Below, piece by piece: positions 7,901-16,900 of a stretch of DNA of 54,761 nucleotides. A program made the position numbers and the translations under genes. Origin of the DNA: an uncultured Candidatus Saccharibacteria bacterium (lineage in GTDB: Bacteria > Patescibacteriota > Minisyncoccia > Phycocordibacterales > UBA2100). The DNA lies in contig CAYYEX010000003.1 of the NCBI GenBank assembly GCA_964471165.1, positions 1-54,761 of the forward strand, written 5' to 3'. A model generated the notes under the pieces. That model had not been told where the DNA came from. It worked only from the letters and a program-made list of their open reading frames with translations, and made no database searches. Position 1 is the stretch's first letter. Each line of letters opens with the position of its first letter.

Positions 7901-10900
7901 TCCCTTCGTTTTGGAGCGCCCGTTTCCAAACCTCGTCGGCGAGTTCGCCGGAAACCTTTTGTACCGCTCCGGAATTTGTTCCGACGTAACCAATGTCTTT
8001 AAATAGAAGTCGCGCGAGGTCGGGATTTGCTGTCTTGTTGCCGAACAGCGATTGATACTGACTTATGAGCGCGTCTTTTTCGGCAAGATACTTCGCAATA
8101 GAGGCTTCCTGAAGAATCGCGTCATCCCCCGTCAGCTTCGCCCGCGGGAAGTTTTTGAACGCATCGGTTTGCGCTATCGGGTCGTTGAGGTATCCGTTGC
8201 GCACGTCTTCAATATTCTTTGGTGTAACGGGTTCTGTTTCTGGGGTTGCCGCCTCTTCACGCGCCTGGCTTGCGATTATTTCACGATAGTCGTCGAGCGA
8301 AATTACACCATGGTCGAGCATTTGTCCGGCAATACTTTCGGTTTCAATTTCCTCCGCTTGCGCCGACTGCGCAGTATTCGGCGCAGACTTAGACTGAGTA
8401 CGGCCAAGCAAACTACCAACTCCTGTAATGACGTCGTTGAAGGCTTTTGCGATTGCATTTGCAATCGCTGCATCTGCCTTCAGTAGATCGATATTTCCCT
8501 TGTTTGAAATGGTCTCCGGTGCTGGCGCATTGACCGTCACAGTACCTCCAGTTCTCGTATCCAACAGTGCGCTGCCCCTTCCTTGCATTGATGTCGGCGC
8601 GGGAGTAGGTGCCGGTGCGTTAACCGTAATATTTCCTGTATTACGCGTATCAAGTTTTCCGCTTCCCTGTCCTTGGATTGTGGGTAGCGGTTGTGCCGCC
8701 TGCGGTGCAAACGGCGTTGGAGCCGGCGGCGCGCTTGGCGGCGAATCCACGCGCGCGATTGCTTGTTCTCCCTGACCTTCTTCGCGAGTTCGCGTGTTGT
8801 TTGTTGGCTGTGGTTGCGGTGTTCTGTCCCCCGGTGTCGGTGCAGGATTCGCAGGAGTTGGATTCGCTGGTACTGGATTTGCGGGGGCCGGGCTGGTTGG
8901 TGCGGGATTGGCAGGAGCTGGGTTTACCGGAGTAGGAAGTGGCGCAAACTCAGGTGAAGGCGGCTGTATCATCGGCTTAAACGAAGTGAGTGATTCAGAA
9001 ACTGTTTCCTCTACTAGTGGGCCTTCAAACTCTGCGTACTGCCCCGGATTCACCGCGCTATGTACAATGTTGCCCCAGTTTATTTCTCCTTTATAGTCTT
9101 TCGAGTCAGCGACCCGATTCCAATCAGGACGAACGCCCAGCATGAGCATTGACTCATCAAAGGTGGAGTTCACAATGCCGTCGTAAAACGCATTCGCACG
9201 CTGCGCGCCACTGGAATGGCCATCAAACACCGGATTTGGTGCATTACTGCTGTACTGCGCTCTAAGCAAATCATCCCCCAAAGACCCAATAGCGTACCGA
9301 AGAGTCTGGAAAACATCTTTCCCTACCAGACCGGAGCCAACGAGCATATTTCCTGCCAGCGCATCCGCCTGGAGTTCTTCAATGGCACCCGGAGTTGTGA
9401 ATATTGCCTCAGATAGAGGCGGCATTACCTTGTAGTCAGCAAGCTTAACGCGAGAAGCTTGCACGGTACCCGTCATGTAGGCCACGTAGTGTCCAAGCTC
9501 GTGCGCCACCACATATCGCACAAGTTCACCTGGCGTATTTGAGTAATAGCCCTCCATTTTTCGGAGCTGCGCGATGTCCATGACAATTTTCCCCGACCCT
9601 ATGTCGAAGTGCGACCCGATATCGGTGAACTTCGGTAAAGCAGTTGTCGTATCAACAATAACTAATTCCGCTCGACGATACTGTCCCCCGTTTCTCCTTG
9701 CCTGAGTTTCAAGATAATCCTGCATTCTTTCAAAACTTGTACTTATTTCAGCGCGAACTGCTGCACTACTCATACTTGCAAGACGTGGAAGCGGCGTTGT
9801 ATTTGGCAATCCCGCAGGTGTATTTACCGGCGCTGGAATTATTTCTTTTGCAGTTTGGTCGGTTTGTCTGCCGAGTCGGTAGTTCAGCTTCAAATCTTCA
9901 AACTCTTTTTGTGTTCGCACAGGTGCAGGCTGCGTCGGTTGAACGGTTGGTTGTACTTTCGACGCAGTGCCGGGGGCTTCCAAGTTCAATCCTCGGGTAA
10001 CCTCTCCCCTGGGAATCGATCCGGTCCATGTTTCGGGGCGATCGTACCCCTCCATCGGGTCTGCCGCGGGAAACGGTGTCTGCGGAGCAGGAAGGTCCGG
10101 CCCCCTCGTAACCTCTCCCTTTGGAACACCTCCTGTTGTCACATCCAATGGAGGTGTCAGGGTTTCGGGTTTCGCCGAAGTAAGTGTCCCGCTCTCCGGT
10201 GCGTCAACTTTTTCCGGCGTTTCAGCACTTGGCACTTTCGCGTTATCTGCCATGTCTTTCATCAACTGTGAGCCAGCCTCCTGCCCGGAATTCGCAACGG
10301 GTGGAACGTACCCTGTTTTCAACGACCAGTCCGGGTTCAGATGCCCGAGGGCAAACTGATATGCATTCTTATCCATGTCTTTCCAGCGAATAGAATCAAG
10401 CTCTTCCTTTGTGAATGAAATCGTCTCTGTTTCCATCGTTGCTACGTCGTCCAACTTGTCGATCATGCTCTGAGGTAGATAGGTTCGAACACCGAGCGCC
10501 GCATACAATGCCAATTTCAATGAAATTGGACTTGCGTATGTGTATGACGGCGACGTTCCTACAAGATCGTTCGGGTACATTCTTAAATCCGGAGAAAAAT
10601 CCGGCGGGAGTGCGAGCTTGTCATCGCCTCCGGGAACCTGCTTAAATTCCGGCACTTTCTCCGCCTCTGGCGCAACTTCAATTGGATTTGGAAGTTCGGG
10701 GACTACCGTTTCTTGCGGCGTCGGTGTTGTTTCTGCGGGAGTGGTGGGCACAGGCTGTACCTCTGGCACTGGGGGTGCCTGCAGTGACTCGGGCGCTGGT
10801 GCCTGTTTCAATTCCGCCGCAGTCGACTGTTCAACTTTTTGAAGCGTCAATATGTTGGCATTCGCCGCAGATAATTCTGAGGCCAATCCCTTTCGTATCT

Positions 10901-13900
10901 TTTCAAGTTCATCTGAGTCCTCTACAGAGTCAGCTTTCGATGTTGCTTGAGCGATAACTTTTTGTGAACGCGAGAAGAGCGCCTTGCCCTGGGAACGCGC
11001 AGTGTTGAGATTTTGCTCCGTTTGATTTTTTGGTTGTTGCATCGCTGTCAACAAGTTCACGTAGCCACGCAATTCAGCCGCGAGAGCCGCATCCCCCAGT
11101 GCACGAATGTTGTTCGACAATCGTGATGCTCCGTTTGCTGCATTTCTGAGCGTTGCATGCTCAGCTGGATTCGGCGTCGTAGTCAAACGGTCAAGGAGCG
11201 CTCGCGCGGAGCCCATCGTAGTCAAATTTCTTTCCGATTGTTCAATCAGAAGCTCCTGTTTTTTTACGCCTGCAGTTTTCTGAACTATCGCGTCTATTTG
11301 CTTCTTAAGGTCTTGCACACGAGCCTGCGCACTTTTGAGAGACGTACGCGTGTCGTCTAGTTTCTTCTGAAGCGTGGAATTGCTAGAACTATTATCCGGA
11401 GTTGTTTTGGTAATCGGTTCTGCAGGTTTTTCTGGCGAGGTCGTCTCGGTTTTCGTCGGAGCTGCTGGAATCTCAATAGAGCGATTCGGGCTCGGTATAG
11501 ATGTATCTGCCTGCGGAAGATCGGCTCCGCGAGTAACTTCCCCCTTGGCAATCGGACCCTCTGTCGTTTGCGGTCGTTCGTATCCTTCCATTGCATCCGC
11601 AGCCGGGAACTGCGAACCTTCTGGAATAATCATCGGAGCCTGTGGCCACGTCGCCGTATCAAGCCGTTTGAATATTTGATTGAGCGCGAGCGTTTCTGCA
11701 AAATCTGGAGCAATGAACTGCTCAACAGGGGCAGGTGGTTTAGACGCAGTTGCCGTCGACGTGATTGTTTCTTCAGCAGGGGTTTCTTTCTTCGCGTACT
11801 GTGTCGAACCCTGCGGGAGTGTCGATTGGTAAATGCTGGCTATCTTTTCCGCAGAAAACTTATCGGTCAGTCGTACTGAGTGTTCAAGGAATGTTTTTTC
11901 GTTGACGAGCTTAATAATCTGGTCCTGATTGGTGTAATCGAGTTTCGTGTTCGGTCCAATGCCAACCGCTTTGGAAATTCGGGCTATCATGCCTGCTGTG
12001 TCGTTTTCGTATGCTGGTGAAAGCCGGTGCATCAATTTAGAAATCGTGTCGTCGCCACGCTTTATCCATTTCTGCACGTTATTGAAGTCTGCCTGAGTAC
12101 CGACTTCCAGCGACGAAAATCTTCTCGGCTGTTTACCGAGCATCATGTTTCCCGGATTATTGTTGCTGATGCCCTTACCCTTCGCCTCAACACTGGTAGA
12201 AAACGGATTGAAGTCTGGGATGATGTCGCCCGTAAACGGTTGCGCAAAAAGAAGCGACGCTGCGATTGCCGAGCGCGCGAACGCCTGAGTCACTACTTTT
12301 GGAATATTTGGAGAGATGTACGGACGTGTTGGTGCGGCGCTCACCGGTGCCTCGTCACCCAGATCTGAGGTGCGTGAGTCCGAGGCAGTTGGATTGTCAT
12401 TTGTTTCGCTCGCCGAAAGCTGACCGTTGTCGTTTACTACGCGAGTCGCAGCGTCAGCATTATCGTTTGCCGTTGCAATCGCGTCATCCGCGGTGGTTTG
12501 CGCAGTACTAAATCCAAGACGCTCTCCAATCCCCGAAACAACTCCCGAGATTCCCGAACGCAATCCCGCTGTCGCAGCGCGAATGCCACCGACGGCGGAT
12601 TTGATTTCCGAAGCAACTGCGTTTTCAACTCGAGCCACTACCGACGTTTCTGCCGTCCGTGCAGCAAGTCCAGACGCGGCTTCAGGCACGAGTGCGGGCG
12701 GAATCAAGCCCTCACGCAAAGAACCCTTCGCAATTGCCAGCGCTTCAACTGGTGATTCCGCGCCTGCGAATGTGCCCTTTGCTTGAGCTCCGATATCGGC
12801 ATACTTTGCATTTTCCGCGGCAGTCAGTTTTGAATCCCACTTCGCAAGCGCAGACTTCATTTCCGGAGAAAGATTGCTCGGCAACGACGAACGAAGCTCG
12901 TTGTACACACTACGCGCATCGGCAACTGTGGACTTAAATACGTTTTCAATGTGCGCGTCTACCGCGTTGAGTGCAGTGGTTGGTTTGATCGTTGCATCGA
13001 GATTGGACGTCTGCACATTTATGCGTTCCCCGTATTTGGCCTGAACAGCGGTTCTCTCAGCATTCGAGAGGCCCGATGTGTTCAATAGCTCTTTCAGCGG
13101 CGCGTTCGTACTTGCTTCGTTGAGTCCGCGACGAAGCGCAAAATCTCGCGCCTCGCTCAATGTAGAAGCTGTAGAAATATCGGAGGATAGTGCCAGTCGC
13201 TCGTTCAAACTCATCCCATATCCGGGCTTACTGGAGTTTGCTTGCGCTGTATTGAAAAGTCGCGCGCCGAGGCCCTCAGTACTACTATTGGCAGCGAGCG
13301 CCTTTGCAACCTCATCCTTGTACCCTTTCGCCAGCGCCCCCTGAAGCTGGCTATCGAGTGCCGCGCTATCAACTACCACATTACGCTCAGCCGCATACGT
13401 GCCACCGCCCTCTTTGGTGCGACCAACGCGACCAAGCGCCTGCACAAGCTCTTCGCGCTCAAGCTGTGCAACTTCTTTTACAATATTGCCCGCCGTATCT
13501 TTCGTCAGCTTATCGCTTTTGGTGAGGATTGTTTGCACGTAATCGCCTTTGTAATTGAAACCTTCTATCCCTTTTTTATCCACGATAAATGCTGTTTGTC
13601 GCGTTGAGGCTTCTTCTGCAAGTGAGTTAAACGATTGTCGCGTTTCCTTGCCGTTGACGTAGACTTTTCCGTCGGCGCCGTACTCGACGAGTCGTGCAGC
13701 TTTTCCTTCCCCAGCAACAGCACGCATCGCCAACTGCGCCTCCTCAAAGGCGGCCGGCGTTAATGCGACGGTGAGCGTGTTTTTTCCTTCACCGATTGCT
13801 GCCTGGGCGCGGGCGTTGGCCGTCTCAGACGTCCATGCGGTTTTTGTGCGCGTCCCATCCGCAGCAATAGTCTCAACTTCAGTGCGGAACCCATTGAGAT

Positions 13901-16900
13901 CGACGCGCGATGGCTTGATCGCAAGCACACCTTCACTTCCAATGCCCGAACGAATAAGGTTCTGTAATCCTTCGGCCGTTCCGGTCATACCACCCACGAG
14001 CACGCCCTGATTTGTTGCGTAGATATGCGTAAGCGGTGTTTCTGCTTTTGTCGTGCTCACGAACGTATCAACTTTATTTGCGCCAGCACCTCGTCCGTTC
14101 ATTTTCGCAGCTGTAAGCGGAAGCGTGGGATCCGAAAACTGCATTTCTAATTGAGGCTTTCCAAGCTTATCCGTCGGAACATACTTTTCTGCACCCGAGG
14201 CGTCGCGTACGAGCTTGTAACCATTTACACCACCATCTTTGAGTTCGAGCGTTCGAAGCACCTGCTGTGTCGTACGATCCGAGGACGAGAGTCCGACGCG
14301 CTCAAGTTCCTTTTGCGCGGCTGCATTGAATCGCACAGCACCCACCTCTCCGTTGAGGTTTTGCTCCACCAAGTACATGGGTTTGTTACTTTTTGTAAAC
14401 TCGCGCTCAAATTTCGACGCATTTGCATCAAGCATTTCGCTCATTTGCACGCGATTGCCGGCACCCGTCCCTGAATACTTTTCTACCGTGCTCGGCACTC
14501 CTTCAAAACCGTTTTCGGTTTTACGCATGCCGAGTTTTGTCATCACATTGTCGACGGCCGCTTCTTCCGCAGCAGTCACCGCTCTGCGTGAGTCGCTAAT
14601 AACAGATGAGGTTCTCGAACCAGCAAGGTTGTGCACTTCATCTACAACCGCCTTTCTCGTTTGTCCGAGGGCCTGTCTGAGCGCCGTTTGTTCCGCTCCG
14701 GTACCGAGGGAGAGACCAACTAAGTGCCCGCGCGTTTCTGGCGCCATGGCGATTACAGACGCCGTGCCGTTTTCTGACATTTTTGCTGCCGCGATAAATT
14801 CGGAAGGATTCGCGCCTTTGATTGTTTTTACGGGAGCTCCGACTTCGTTAAGAAACTGTCCGTATTTTTCTCCAAATTTCGTAACGAGATCTTGTGTGGG
14901 CGCGAGGTATTCCCACTGCGCACCCTTGCCGAGCGTAAGGCGTGTGCCGATGTAGTCGCCGATACTCACCGCACTCTTACCGAAGCTTGTTGCTGCGTTG
15001 ATTGATTTACCATTTCCCACTGCATAGAGTGCAAGACGTTGACCTTCGCTGAGCGTTTCGACACCTTCGGCAAGCGCAGTGAACTTTTCTTGGATAGCGC
15101 GCCGTGCAGCCGCACGCTCGGCAACAGAAGCGTACTTCGCGGCATTGTATGCCTCTTCAGCTTTCAAGAATGCCTGCCCAATTTCTGGTTTTGTTGAATT
15201 TAATCCTTTCGGCAATGTGGAGGCAAGCTGCGCTTCAAGATTCGCCTTTGCTTGAGCGCTTGCAGCGTCTGCGACTTCGATCTCACGGGCTGTTGCACGC
15301 CCGGCGGCCGCCAAATCTTTTTGCACGGCAGCCACATCTGTGTACGTAAACCCAATTCGGTCTTCCACCTCCTTGAGCAATTTTGCATTTGCCTCGGTGA
15401 GTTTACCTGCCTGCGCCTCAGCAAAAATTGTACGCGAGTCGCCTCCGAGTGCTGTGAGCTCACGCTCCATTTGTGGCACTACATTTTTCGTGAGCTCTTG
15501 CATTGCCGGCGCATCCGCTCGCTCTATTTCTCGAAGAGCGGCCCTGTCTGCATTTATGGTTTCTGGTGTGACACGTGCAAACAACGACTCAGACACTTCG
15601 CGCGATGCCGGTTGCCATGAAGAATTCTCAGATGCGCGCACGAGCATTGCTTCGTTGTTTGTTGCACGCGCAAGCACCTCATACTCACGACCAGCGACAG
15701 CTCGCGTATCGACGACAATGCCTGATTTGTTGAGCTCGGCTGTTGCTCTTTCTAAATTTACTTCGGCTGCTGCGACACGCGCCTGCGCCTCGGCTGCTGC
15801 AATTCGTAATTCTTCGGGAGCACTCGATCCACCCAATAACCCGGTCGTAGATTCACTTGCCGTCACGCGCTCAGCAGCTGCTGTGGCATCCATTTTTGCC
15901 ACACTCACAGCAGAGGACTCAGAAACAAAGTTCTCCACGAGGCGTGCTTCAGAGGTACTCAGTGCGGCACGCTCGGCGTTGAAGCCGAATGATTCGAATG
16001 CCGCGCGTCCGCCCGCTTTTATCGGACCATAGACGAGTTGTCCCACAATCGCCACATCAGCAACTGCAATAGCGCGCTCAACTGCACAACCGTTTAATGC
16101 GCACGTCGCCGCCTCTTTACCGTCAGCCGCAAACGCCGGCATTCCGCCATCAGTGAGTTCATTCCCCCACGCGCCAAGCGTTTGCAAACCGTGTGTTGCC
16201 GCAGCTGAAACGTCGAGCGTCAACTTAGCGGCAAGAGGGATCATGCCGTCGAAACCCGCTTTAAATATTTCGCCGTAGGTGCCGACGAGCTCGCTTCCTT
16301 TTTTCAAACTATCCGTCCATTCATGCAACTTTTTTGCGGCCGCTCCTTCAGTGTCATATGCGCGATCGACGATCTTGTCGTATCGCGAGTCCAAATCATC
16401 CAAATTTCCCGTTCGTGCGATTTCTGCATTCTCGGCTATATCGGCGCGTTCTGCCCTGAGTCGTTCGATTACGCGCTCAAGCCTACCAACTTCCGCATTC
16501 CACGCCGCCTCACCTCGAGGAATTTCGCCGTTGCCACGAAACGTAGCGGGATTCGACGCTCGTACTTTTTCGAGCTGTCTTTCCGCCATTGTAATCGCGT
16601 TATCTTTCGCCTGCTCCTCCTTTTTGATTGCCTGGTACACGTGACTCTCCGGCGTTAATCCCGCATCAAACTTTTGCTGAGCAATTATCGAGTCGCGTGC
16701 GTTGGCCGCATACGCATTGTATTCGGCGGTAAGACTCGCAACTTTCAGTTGATCCTGGCTTGAATATATTGGTCTGCCGTTACTGTCGTAACCGAGGGGC
16801 TTAATCTCACTCACCTCATCATTAAATTTCTGAGTGGTCTCGCTGAAGTTGTTCAGCATTTCCTTCGCGTTGTTGCCCTCGGGTTTTGCGAGCTGCAATA

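Noticed and set aside
8845-8934. I considered whether the tandem repeats (15-nt units here, and 10-nt units at 42877-42910) are CRISPR-like arrays.
   Set aside because: The units are contiguous with no spacers. The first is in frame inside a CDS, and no cas genes are present.
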